In this document: positions 40,134 through 53,238 of the stretch, piece by piece | Position numbering within the stretch: position 1 is the first letter of the stretch | How the letters are laid out: each line of letters begins with the position of its first letter | Assembly: GCF_006345805.1 (NCBI RefSeq) | Contig: NC_042999.1 | Span: 33,480,001 to 33,544,000, forward strand | Origin: Octopus sinensis | Taxonomy: Eukaryota | Reading direction: 5' to 3' | Length of the DNA stretch: 64,000 nucleotides | The notes under the pieces: generated by a model | Databases searched by the model: none | Seen by the model: the letters and a program-made list of their open reading frames with translations, nothing else | Told to the model about the DNA's origin: nothing | Translations under genes and position numbers: made by a program

Positions 40134-40321
40134 CAGCAGCAGCAGCAACATCATCATCACCACCACCACCATCATCATCCTCATCATCATCAACATCATC
40201 ATCATCATCCTCATCATCATCATCAACATCATCATCATCAACATCATCATCATCATCATCATCATCATCGTCATCATCATCATCATCAACAACAACAACA
40301 ACATCATCATTATCATCATTA

Positions 40322-40500
40322 TATGTTTGGCTTTTGTTTTTTATAAGTTGAGTCCAGTTCTCACCAAGAGACCTCAAGAGAAGACAAGTTAGAAGTTCAA
40401 GTGGATGTTATGACTAGGGTGCACTATATTTAGTTTGGCACAAAGTATTGTTCTAGAAAATATCTGTCAAAGCATAAGAAAATTAGAAGTTTGTTTTATT
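40322..40500 (-). mobile_element. 3'-end stub, same family as 25806-25990
   Basis: TATGTTTGGCTTTTG..CAAGAGACCTCAAGAG..AAAGTATTG. Confidence 0.55.
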
Positions 40501-40510
40501 ATCATTATTG

Positions 40511-40542
<32 letters not shown>

Positions 40543-40888
40543 GGTGATGGCGGTGCTATTGTCATTATTATTATTCGCCATTTGATAGTTTCAGGCATCT
40601 TTTTTTTACTGTAACAGCTGTTTTACCTCCGTGTGCAGCATCGTGCTTTATGTGCGCAATGTGTCCTTTTATTGAGCATCTGTCATGTATGCATAATACA
40701 TGTTGTGGGGTTCGTTTATTTTATTCGATGTTTACTGTAGAGAAAGTCTTCTATTTGTTGATTGATGGACTGATTTATTTGGATTGTACTATTGAATGGA
40801 TAACGTCTCGTGTGGGATGTGGGCTCTTCCTTGTAGGGTTATGTTTTGCATTGTGTGTAGTGTTGAGGGCGCCGATATAGATTCGACG

Positions 40889-41115
40889 GCGAGCTGGCAG
40901 AAACGTTAGCACGCCGGGCGAAATGCTTTGCGGTATTTCGTCTGCCGTTACGTACTGAATTCAAATTCTGCCGAGGTTGACTTTGCCTTTCATCCTTTCG
41001 GGGTCGATTAAATAAGTACCAGTTACGCACTGGGGTCGATATAATCGACTTAATCCGTTTGTCTGTCCTTGTTTGTCCTCTCTGTGTTTAGTCCCTTCTG
41101 GCTAGTAAAGAAATA
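40889..41115 (+). mobile_element. SINE family 2, well-preserved copy with 15-bp target-site duplication
   Basis: GATATAGATTCGACG at 40874-40888 and 41116-41130. tRNA-like head, B-box-like GAATTCAAATTCT. Confidence 0.9.
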
Positions 41116-41194
41116 GATATAGATTCGACGTTTTCGTTCATTCGTTTCTTTTATTTTTATCACAACAAATGCTCTAGTTGTTAAAAATATTGTT

Positions 41195-41548
41195 TTCATT
41201 TTCATGACCCATGTCTTGAAAATTTCGATTTGGAGATCTTTGGATTCGACAACTTCTCCACTTGTCTCAAAAGAGACTACAATGTCTATCAGGAAGCAGG
41301 TATTTTTTTCAGTCCATGATTATTATGTCTACGTGATTACTTTTGATATTTCTGTTTATTTGAATAAGCACATCCCAGATGTGGAGGGCCCGGTCGTTTT
41401 CATGTACCTTATTTGGTACATGTTTATACCACCTCATGTTAGTTTTTTATTTTGCGGTGTTGGCATATTGCCCATTGAATATAACTACACACTCGGTCAT
41501 GCCTGTATCTATATTCAGATTGGGATAGGATTGCACAGTCAGAGATTT
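41195..41548 (-). pseudogene. R4/Dong-like LINE fragment G (endonuclease domain)
   Basis: PILSQSEYRYRHDRVCSYIQWAICQH..RWYKHVPNKVHEND..IWDV..TCFLIDIV..KDLQIEI. 5' end abuts (AAT)n. Confidence 0.8.
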
Positions 41549-41584
41549 ATTATCATTACTATTATCATTATTATCATCATTGTT

Positions 41585-41715
<131 letters not shown>

Positions 41716-41719
41716 TATT

Positions 41720-41890
41720 AAATGTCTGGTTTCTGCTTTGTACTTTTACAAGTTGACTCCGAGTCTGACCCAGAGATCTCAAGAGACAACAAGCTAGAAG
41801 TCCAAGTTGGTGTTCTGCCTTGGGCAACATATTTTATGTTTTCCTCAAAGTATTCTCTGTGACACAAGAAAATAAGAAGTTTGTTTTAAA
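41720..41890 (-). mobile_element. 3'-end stub, same family as 25806-25990
   Basis: AAATGTCTGG..ACAAGTTGACTCCGAGTCTGACCCAGAGATCTCAAGAGAC. Confidence 0.55.
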
Positions 41891-41976
41891 TGTAATTTCA
41901 AAATAAGATGATAGCGTGATGCTAAGATGCCAGTAGAAGGTGTAGGCTGTTATGTATATTTAACAGTATTTTGACA

Positions 41977-42060
<84 letters not shown>

Positions 42061-42093
42061 TATTATTATTATATTATTATTATTATATTATTA

Positions 42094-42185
<92 letters not shown>

Positions 42186-42469
42186 TTATATCCGTCATTT
42201 TCATCATCGCCACCATTATACAATCTGTTAATAGAAATTTATGCATCTCTGCAATTTGTTTGGCCCTCTGTGTTAGAAAGAGGAGATTTACAAGTGAGAA
42301 AACCGTACACATGCCATATATATTTCTTCCAATTCACGTAGTCATGTTATTGTTTTCAAGAGAAAATAATTGATGGATGTTTGGCAGAAAAGAACATAAA
42401 CAAGATAGAGAAATTTATTGTATCAGCATATGTTCAACATAATCATGTACACTCACACTTATAGAATTG

Positions 42470-43200
42470 AAATGTGTCTGCGTATGTCTATGTGCATGCG
42501 TCTGTGTGAAAATGTACACATGTATATTTGAAATTTATTGTAAACAAAGGACGAAGACAGGTGTATGAATAACAAGCAGATGTATTAGTTTCACGCTCGG
42601 GAAAATGAATATCTTTTACATTTCGAGCCTACGCTCTTCAACAGAAAGGAATAAGAGAAAGTAAAGTCAGTGAGAATGAAAAAAAAAATGTGGATTTAGC
42701 GACCAAGCATGGCGAATCATTAGAAAAATGTTTGAAAGAAAGGGAGATAATAAAGTGCTGGTGATCCGGAACGAAGATGCTCGTGCGTGTTTAAGTATGT
42801 GATAATGGTGTGTGTGAACGTCTGTGTGAATAGGGGCAAGTGACTCTGTTGTGCGTGAGTGTGTGCATTGCTAACTTTTGGCTCCTAATAGAATGGTGTG
42901 TGGTGACCCTATCGAAGATTGTGAGTGGGTGAGTAGATGATTGTGTGTGGTTTGTGTGATGCGGAGTTGTGAGTGCTAGTGTGTGTGTGTGAGTGATGTG
43001 GGGTGGTGTTGTGGGGTGGGGTGAATGGGTGGGTAGGAATTGGGGGAAGTGGCGGTTAGAGAGCAGAGAGGGAGAGAGTAGGTGTTAGATGAAGACGGGA
43101 GGGGAATTAAGCCCATGTGTCGCAAAGGGCCGAAGAGAGAAGATTAATTCTAGTTCATGACGAAGGCGGGAGTCAGGATGGCCTAGTCCGAACAGAGAAA
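42470..43200 (-). mobile_element. PLE 3' fragment (second family)
   Basis: Minus frame HPDSRLRHELELIFSLRPFATHGLN* resembles the PLE GIY-YIG C-terminal R..E..LIF.L....GLN motif, followed by a C-rich 3' region and a hammerhead-like terminus. Confidence 0.7.
42613..42648 (-). ncRNA. Minimal hammerhead-like motif with A6U core (CUGUUGA)
   Basis: CUUU CUGUUGA A GAGC-GUAG-GCUC GAAA U G U A AAAG. Stem I and stem II pair perfectly. Confidence 0.55.
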
Positions 43201-43211
43201 GATAAGTATAT

Positions 43212-43243
<32 letters not shown>

Positions 43244-43653
43244 ATATATATATAATATATATATAATATATATATATACATACATATACATACTTAGACA
43301 TTTATATAAATGTATACATATTAATACATATATATACATATATATTAAATTCTTATATATGTGCGTGTATGTGTGTGTGTCCTCGTGCGTGTTTGTGTGT
43401 GTGTGTGTGTATGTTTGCTTGTATACATGTATACATAAGTAATTTAAATTCCAAGGATATAACAAATTATTCCGTAAATTTCATTAGTTTTACACCTGCT
43501 TCTGCTATAATGTGCTGTGCATTTATATTTGAATTCTGGTGACGCCAGTGTACTGGTATTGCTATACCTAAGGGAAATCATAAAATACACACGCGCACAA
43601 GCGCACATACATACACACACGCAAAAGAAGCAAAGACACAACCAAATATATAC

Positions 43654-43704
<51 letters not shown>

Positions 43705-43734
43705 GGGGGAGTGAGTGAGAGTAAGAAAGAGACG

Positions 43735-43945
43735 TAGCCGTAGTAGTGTGATGTGAACCGTGCTTCCCAACCACAGGGTTTTAGATTCAATCCCAAGGCG
43801 TGGCACCTTGAGCAACTGGGCCGACCAAAGCTTGTGAGTGGATTTGGTAGACGGAAACTGAAAGAATAAATCCTTGGGTCGATTTGTTCGATTAAAGGCC
43901 GTGCTCCAGCACGGTCACCGTCAAATGACTGAAACAAATAAAAGA
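43735..43945 (+). mobile_element. SINE family 1 lacking the internal microsatellite block
   Basis: Head joined directly to tail at GGAAACTGAAAGAA|TAAATCC. Confidence 0.8.
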
Positions 43946-44839
43946 ATATATATACACATTTATACATGTAAGTACATGCATTCATTCGTATGCATCATCA
44001 TTTGGATTTTAGAGTTTGGAGTTTAGAGTTTATGTAGCTTTGGAGAGAGGCGGCATATTAACATGGAAACTATCCAGGTATTCAAGTAGTTGATTATTAT
44101 TCCATAGGCTGTGAGGCAAACAAACCATGTGTACATTATTTTTATTTACGTATACTTTATTTTCAGATGGACCGAAATATATTTTTAGTATTATATGTAT
44201 GAACAGAGAATAAATAAATACTTTATATTTCAAGCGATTTTCACTAATTTTATCTTTAGAGCTCTCTTAAGATTTTGCTCCGTTAAAAATCACTTTCTAT
44301 AGAATGCCTTAAATTTGCTTCCAAAACCATGCACGTGCATGCGGGGGCGTTTGGAGAAATGCATTTCATAGTTAGTGATACGTTGATAGCTAGGAGCAGC
44401 AAATATGAAAGTGACTTAGGAAAGTGAATATAGACAGGAAAATGTTTTTGCTTTCTTCAATTTTTAACCTTCAACAATCTCCAGAATCCAGAAACCAACA
44501 TACCACCAAAAATTTCTTTAAATTACTTCAAAATATTTTAGAAAATAACTTCAGATATGACATATGCAATATAGAAAATCGGCTGTGCTTTATTTCAAGG
44601 AACTATGATTGTCTGGGCTGAAAGAAAGGCATTCCAATCCCTCATAGAATATCGACTATTCAGATAGGTAATTTTAGCATTTTAATGAAAATGAAATTGG
44701 TAACTTATTGTGCATTGATTGTTGTACGGCTGAAATTAGTTCATATAAAAAATACATAACATTAAAATCAAGGTCTAACATTCCTGTATGAATGTACATT
44801 TAGATACATACACAGTCACAGACACACGCAACTGCACAA

Positions 44840-44883
<44 letters not shown>

Positions 44884-45189
44884 GTATGTATATAAACATA
44901 TATATATATATATGTGAGTATATATATGAATATACTTATATGCATATAAATCTACACACATTCACATATACACACATACATACATACATGCATACAAACA
45001 TATATCTGTGTGTTTCCGTGTGTTGATACATATATACACTGCTGAAGAAATACAGTTCTTCATTTACGAATGTACCGTGATATTGGGTTCTTTAATCATG
45101 TATAGCTGAAAACAGTTCTTAAAAAAATACATTATAATATCGAAATCAATCGTTAAAACCTTTTGTACTTTAGTGTATTCGCATGTGTG

Positions 45190-45248
<59 letters not shown>

Positions 45249-45274
45249 ATATATATATTATAATATATATATAT

Positions 45275-45312
<38 letters not shown>

Positions 45313-45350
45313 TATATATATTATATATAATAATATATATAATATATATG

Positions 45351-45404
<54 letters not shown>

Positions 45405-45414
45405 TATATATAAT

Positions 45415-45461
<47 letters not shown>

Positions 45462-46120
45462 TATATACATATATATATATTATATATATATATATATATA
45501 TGTTGTATGTACAGTCAGACGTACGACTACTGGTGTTTGAGTAAGAGCTCCATTTATGTTATCGATTTACACTTTAGTGACCCGATATTGACGATGCATA
45601 ATATCGTTACTAGTTACGATACACAGAGAGTACGTAGTACAGATTAAGTTAAACACCGACAGAAATATTTAGCTCTTTAGCATGTTTCATGATTGCATAA
45701 AAGGAGCTCACCTTTAGATGTCCCAGTTGTATTTCAATGTGTAATAATTTTATTTCGTCACTTAGATAATATACATTTATTTGTAAGCTTTATATTTAAG
45801 CTGTTGAGTATTATCTTACACAAATTGCTTTTTCCTTCATTACAATTCTTGTTCACCAATTTCTCCCTCTGCCTCTTTTTATCCTTTCTCTTTAGTACTT
45901 ACTCGCTTTCTTACTACTTGTACTAAGAAAATTCTTCGCCTCCTGTCTAACTTAAAATATCTTATCACTGCAACAGTAAACAATATATTATGGCAGAAGA
46001 TCCGATGTAGTCTCGCATCCAAATCAACTTTGAATATGCAATGCAGAGTTCCCAGGAACTGCAACAGTGAAACGTGCACAGAACCAAATATTTACGTTGA
46101 TGTGTATACCTAATTCCAGC

Positions 46121-46155
<35 letters not shown>

Positions 46156-46180
46156 GTGTGTGTGTGTGCGTGTGTGTGTA

Positions 46181-46211
<31 letters not shown>

Positions 46212-46234
46212 GTATATATATATATACATACATT

Positions 46235-46266
<32 letters not shown>

Positions 46267-46335
46267 TATATATATATTTATAGATGGATAGATAGATAGA
46301 CAGATAGACAGATAGATAGAGAGAGATATACACAT

Positions 46336-46371
<36 letters not shown>

Positions 46372-46462
46372 CGGTTGTATGCATGTAGATGGTATTTGTG
46401 TGTACTTACACTAAAGAGAATAGAATAGAATATACGAAAGAGTATATATATATATATAATAT

Positions 46463-46537
<75 letters not shown>

Positions 46538-46539
46538 AT

Positions 46540-46830
46540 CAATGTCTCTCACTCTCTCACTTGTGCCATGGCACATTCATGCTGTTGACGAAACATGGCT
46601 TGTTCCTCCTTTTATTTCACTTTCTCTCAACGTCACCCAGGTCTCTCTCGCTCTCTACGTCCGTCCTCTTCTTCATCCAGTCGAGCATCTTTATCTCTGC
46701 CTTCCTCTCACTCACCTTCCCGCCAGCTCAGTCACCACCATTTAACGTTCCATTCCGTCATCCTTTATGAGAAAATGACCAACATCACTACTGTCTGTTT
46801 CTGACAGTATCCATCAACTCTCTCTTCACT
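46540..46830 (-). pseudogene. Possible RTE-clade LINE RT remnant
   Basis: KAEIKMLDWM resembles the RTE motif AEMRMLRWM. Highly decayed. Confidence 0.3.
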
Positions 46831-47427
46831 TGCACTTTTTTTCAACACTTCCACATTCGTCAACCCAAGAAATTCTGGGAAAATTTTCTGTGAAATCACA
46901 TTTCTGCACCTTTGAATCTCTTCTCCATGATTCTGCTTATCATCCAGAACTCACACCCATACGTTACATCTTATAAACATATGTAAAAGTATATTTACAT
47001 GAAATCAAAGAAAATACCACATAGTTAATCAAATAATCAATTTTAATTTAAAACCGTATGTTCAATTCTTTGCGGCTTATCGATTTAACGAAAAGAACAC
47101 GTCCAATAGTGCCGTTGCTTTGACATAAAATAACTTGGGAACCCAAATTTCGACGAATAAGACGATGAATTTTTTGAATTCCAAAGTGAAGAATGCCTAA
47201 TGTAGAAGTATTCCGGTAAAATTAATTGGTGAGAAATGGTTTATAAATGTCAGTTTAGGAAAGGAAATCTTTCACACACATATACATGTCGCACGCGCAA
47301 ACACAGATATATATATATATATGAGGAATTTTGATTATCCCCTTCGTGGTGAATTCTAAAATATATATCAGAAATTAAAAAAGGAAAGCACACAAACTTT
47401 ACATATTTTTAATATAATTTTTAATAT

Positions 47428-47458
47428 ATCGACCGGTTTCGCTTTCGCTATTCATGAT
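47428..47458 (-). ncRNA. Minimal type-I hammerhead ribozyme, A3-U8 variant
   Basis: AUC AUGAAUA GC-GAAA-GC GAAA C-CG-G U C GAU: 3-bp stem I, 2-bp stem II with a GNRA loop, ACCGGU palindrome, GUC triplet. Context resembles the PLE terminus at 13770-13890. Confidence 0.6.
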
Positions 47459-47524
47459 TTACTTATTTGAATATGTATTTTCTTAAGAAATGTTTGTCAA
47501 TGTTGCATAATCATATATATATAT

Positions 47525-47564
<40 letters not shown>

Positions 47565-48509
47565 AATGTATATATAAATATGTATAAACATATATTAATA
47601 TATATGTATATATATATGCATATATATATGTATATATATACACATATACCATATATATATCTATATTATATATATATATACTATATATATATATATATTA
47701 TATATATATATATGCATATGTCCGTATGATTTTTTATTTTGTTTATATTAAGTTGAAAATAATTTATACGTGCTATATATATGAAGCCACGACTATCTGG
47801 GGATGTATCAATTTTATTTTGTATCTACGTATCAGACCCTTATTGAATGTTCGAAAAAATAAATTTCTCAAATTATTTTCTTCCTTTCCATTTTACCTAA
47901 CTGAACCAATTCGACATCTACGTGCTATGTTTTCAACTTTAATAGTATCGCATAATTTTATTTTTTACATACTCGAAGTCTTCTAATATTCACGTGTTTG
48001 CACATCTCCAGATTATCATAGCCTGTTTAGGTATTATCTATTTTATATTGCACATAGAGACCACACTACTGATAAATATACGAAGAACTACAAGATACAT
48101 GTGCATCAAGCCGTGCTCAGTTTTAAATTTTGTAGTAATGATGTGTATTATATGAAATGGGAGCACACCATATAAACACAAGGTCGCATTATCAAAACTT
48201 CATAAAACCTGACACAAAATGGTTACGCAAAACTTAAATCTCATATTAGTGATATATTACAAAAACAATAAAATTAAATCTCCTTATTAACAAATCGTCT
48301 GGTACATATAAACTCCATAACAAGCTAAGTATGATCAGTTGAATTAATAAATGTGACTCTAATAGTGAACGTTGCAAATAGCGATTCAATCTTTTACACT
48401 GGTATGCAAAGTACAATGTGTCATCTAGGTTTAGCATGCGTTTAAAACAGAGAGCAATTTCAACGCATGTGACCTTACAGCATGAAACAAGTCTATATGG
48501 GAATATCGA

Positions 48510-48720
48510 CGCCATGATAGATCGTTAGCCACTACACACATTTTTACTCTCCTTTTTTTCTCTCCTTGCTTTCTGTGTCCCTTTCTGTAGACGAGCATAG
48601 GCTCGAACCGTAAAAGACTGTTTCTATTCCCGGGCGTTATACTAATACATCTGTTTGTGTTGTACATCACCTGTCTTCGCCTTTTGTTGTTTTGTTTTCG
48701 TAAACTCTCCCTATTTATGG
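48510..48720 (+). mobile_element. PLE terminal repeat, same family as 42470-42730, with degenerate hammerhead at 48581-48616
   Basis: Reverse-complement homology to 42540-42700. CUUU CUGUAGA C GAGC-AUAG-GCUC GAAC CGU A AAAG. Confidence 0.65.
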
Positions 48721-49316
48721 GAATATATATGAGGACCCTCATTCAAATACGGAGTTCAATACAAAGAGTGAACAAAAAAGTTTAAACGTAATACTAAAGC
48801 AGCATGCACTTCAAATCTCTAACGGTCAATTTCTGGTGGAAAATCCCTAGGAATTTAGACTGCGTAATAAGGAAGTGCTCTACAGGAATCAATACGACTG
48901 CATTTCCGCGAATGCGATGTATGTAGCCAAAATATGTAGAAAAATATCGAGTAAATTTATTGGTCCTAATGAAGTAGAAGAATCTGATACAGTGATAAGG
49001 ATATAACTGAGAAAAAAATCACTATATTAGAATAGTCTTAAGTTCCATGCACACCCACCCACAAAGGTCTATATCTGTGTGTATCAGTGCGTGTCTATGT
49101 ATGCATGCATACGAGGTAGTTATTAAATTAAGACGGGAATAACAAGAAAGAAAAGGTGAAATGTTAATGTTAAATGTTCAATGTTAAATGTTAACTTTTT
49201 GAAGGTAAATCATTCTTGAGCGCATTTGCATGAAGAAGAGAAAATTATAGATGAAGAGACCAAACTATCTTAATGAACATATATGTTGTTGCGTGTGAAA
49301 TCATTTAAGCACACAC

Positions 49317-49414
<98 letters not shown>

Positions 49415-50017
49415 GAATATGTGTGTATTTATTCTTGAATATTAATAATATTCATTATTAATATAATAATGAATATTTTGGCAATTACTCTTTGTGCGAA
49501 GACAAATGAGCACCTGTGCACTAAGAAAAAATTCAAAATTATAACACCTCTCTAAGTGCAATATATACACACTTTATATCAGAACGGAGGATGTAATTCG
49601 GATTTCTAAGGGTATAATTATATGAATGTGCGCGTGTGTAATTATCTGGATCCAACATCTACATTTGCTTAAATATATGTAAATATACGGATAGTTATAG
49701 TTGATACCGTTGTAGATGCACACTTTTAATTTTATATACCTGGAGTCAATATAGAACTGATAGTCTAATGAAGTCTATTAAGTGAGACACGCATGTACTC
49801 AGCTGCCTTGATCTTCCACAGAGTTAACAACACAGGTTGATCTTTCTTTGCAATACGATAATCTAAATAAGTAATGAATTGTTAAGAGTATATCCAGCTG
49901 TCACTAACAGGTAGTTGAAATTCCTGCTGCGGTGTTGTTTAAGATTAATCGAAGCAAACATTATCTCCAAAAAAGGCCCCACTTATTTCCATGTGCGTAT
50001 GTGTGAGTGTGTAACTA

Positions 50018-50057
<40 letters not shown>

Positions 50058-50174
50058 CATATATGCACATATATACAGATGTACATACATACATGTACGT
50101 TTCAACGTGTGTATATATATATATATATATATATATTTGAATAGATAGATACATGATACATAGCCAGATAGATG

Positions 50175-50205
<31 letters not shown>

Positions 50206-51195
50206 CTACATACACACATACATACAAACTTAGACCGATATACACACAGAGACGTCCCAAAATTAAATACATCTCTCATTTTACCGCTTTAGCAGTGCAG
50301 AAAATTACAGATTATTCAAACTTATTAATATATTATTATTTCAGATAACAGCATATGATTTATTCATTGAAACTAACCATGCAGCAAACACCAGAAGTGA
50401 AGGAGTTGTTTGGCTTTCAAAATGAATGTGTTGTGTGTCAGACTGTGTGTGGAAAAACCCAGCACAAGTTTTCATGAAAGTTTGGGATAACTTTTGTAAC
50501 AGTCAGAAGAGTGATCACATAAGTCATCACCAAAGCAAATTTTTATTTTAAATCAACGGCATCCTGCACCCTGAGACAGGTAACTTAATGCTATCAAGCA
50601 AGTTGCTGAAAATAATCCCGTTTTCAAGCCGCATTCAGATTAGTTGGAGTATTTCCACGATGCAAGAAGAAACATCTTTCAAAAATTACCTGCATATTTA
50701 CTTTTGAGATGCCTGTGTACATTTCATATGAACACAGGTATGTACGTGCATATGTAGGAGCTCGGAAACATGCACTAACATATCTATATATATATGTATA
50801 ATAATAATATTAGGGAGTATTACTCCCTATCGTTTTACCTGAAATATTAGATATTTAACATAATAAATGTGTTGTAGGAAATATGCCTGTTTTAAGTTCC
50901 AAATTTAGTTAATGGAGGTTTTTCTATAAGAAAAATTGTTATTTTATTTATTCGTTTAAGCATCGTACTATATCGTCGTTTTTTGCTAACTTACGAGGAC
51001 ATAAACACAACACCGTTTGTCAAGCGTCTGTCCAGACAAACCCAAAGACGCACATACGCGCAAAGCACATACAATAATTCGAATAGAAATTTATGTATAA
51101 CAATGAGAGAGTGGGAGAGAGAGGTGAAGAGAAACTTCATGATATGTGCTGTAGTAATATTGCTATAATTTACATGTCAATCTATTCAGAATATC

Positions 51196-51252
<57 letters not shown>

Positions 51253-52483
51253 CAGAGAGAGAGAAAGAGAGAGAGGAATAGATATAGATATATATGTATT
51301 TGTGTGCGTATGTATGTGTGTATGTATATATATATATACATATATTAATGCAACATTTGTCCCTTTGTCATTCATAGCTGTTAATGGTGTTAAAGCTATT
51401 TGTTGTGTATTTGGATGCATTTAATTGATCACAATTAGTTGTACATTCTATACTGTTAATTAAAGCAGTGCAATGTTTTCTGTAATTTCAACACACTTTA
51501 TCTTTGTCGTCATTTTCTCGCAGTATATTGCATGTACCTTAGAGTCCCGCTTTTCAGCCATAATGATTCGTCACTACAGTATTTGTAGTGCCGTGCCTTT
51601 GTATTTAAAACGGCAGAAAATGATTTGAACTAGATTTCGCAGTTATTTTTCTCAGATGAAAAAAGTATTCCGATACGCCACCGTATAAAGATACTTGCAA
51701 GCTTAATTTCCAATGGAAGAATATAAATCCATTACTAAAATCAAGTGCGAGAACTTACTGTCAAATTTATAATATTAGATTTTACACTGTATATAAGTAC
51801 ATACTAAGATGTCAGTTAGACAACCCAAATTTTATATATGTAAATAGAATTCTATAATAAATGTTGGTTTGCTCTATAATTTGGTGAATGATATTGATCT
51901 CATTGAAAAATTGGGTACATTTGTTTGAGCAACAAATATTGTGATATGCAAACTCAACATACCAGGTAACAGTTAATTTCCGTGTATTACTTACGCACAT
52001 TCCTCTGAAACTGGGTAATATATAGGACAAGGAGGCCTATCGTTCAACCTCCTCTACATTGGATACAAAAAATTCTTCTGTCAATGCTCAGAAATCTGAT
52101 TGAGTTACGCAATATATAAATGAATTTTTAAAGAATTCTAGTTAAGTTAGTAAAATAGTTTAACATGTGACAAATAGTATTGTGTAATTTTAAATACCTA
52201 CTTGTACCTGATTGTCTCGGAATGAAAGGAAAATTGATTCAAACGTTAAGAGGACACAAAATCTTGAAGAAGTTTTTAAAATTTAGACATATTATGAGAG
52301 ATTAAAATTGATATGTATCTTCAAAAGTTATCACGGAAGCGATTGACCACCTCCTATATAAGACTACTCATTTGCTATGATGACATGTTTCAAAACAATG
52401 TTTATTTATCTACATTCACACACTCATGCACACGCACGCGCGCCGGTTACCCACATAGATGCATAGATACATACATACATACA

Positions 52484-52585
<102 letters not shown>

Positions 52586-52777
52586 TTATATATATATATA
52601 TATATATATACATATATATATGTATTTATATATACTTATAAATTAGTATATATATGCAAATATCTGTTTGTATTATATAAGTTTACACAGGCACGCATAT
52701 GTAAACTTATGTTACTCTTACTCTTTTACTCGTTTCAGTCATGCGGCTGTGATATATATACATATATATATACATAT

Positions 52778-52858
<81 letters not shown>

Positions 52859-53238
52859 TCAATGTAATATAAATGATGTTTATATATCATATATGTGCGC
52901 TTATGCATATATTCATGTCGGTTTTGTCTATGGAACCAATCCTGATTTACCATGTGCCTTTATTCGAAGTCGACTTTCTGAAAAAAAAATGTGTTCTAAT
53001 AACGTTTTTAAACCCAAGTGGTACAAATAGTTTTATCCATAATTAACTTAGCATCAGTAAACATTTTTTCTTTGTCTTAAATGTGAGATAATATGATGAA
53101 ATTAAAATGGGAGGTAAATGTACAGTGTTTTAGGAATTGGGTCACCAAGATATTTATACACATTTATACACATTTTTGATATTTCCGTACACATTGTCAA
53201 TAATCTTTATGCTCACAACCACTCAGATATGTTTTTTT

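Noticed and set aside
43001-43050. G-quadruplex-forming motif GGGGTGGGGTGAATGGGTGGG
   Set aside because: Fits the G4 pattern but is part of the low-complexity 3' region of a PLE fragment. No evidence of function.
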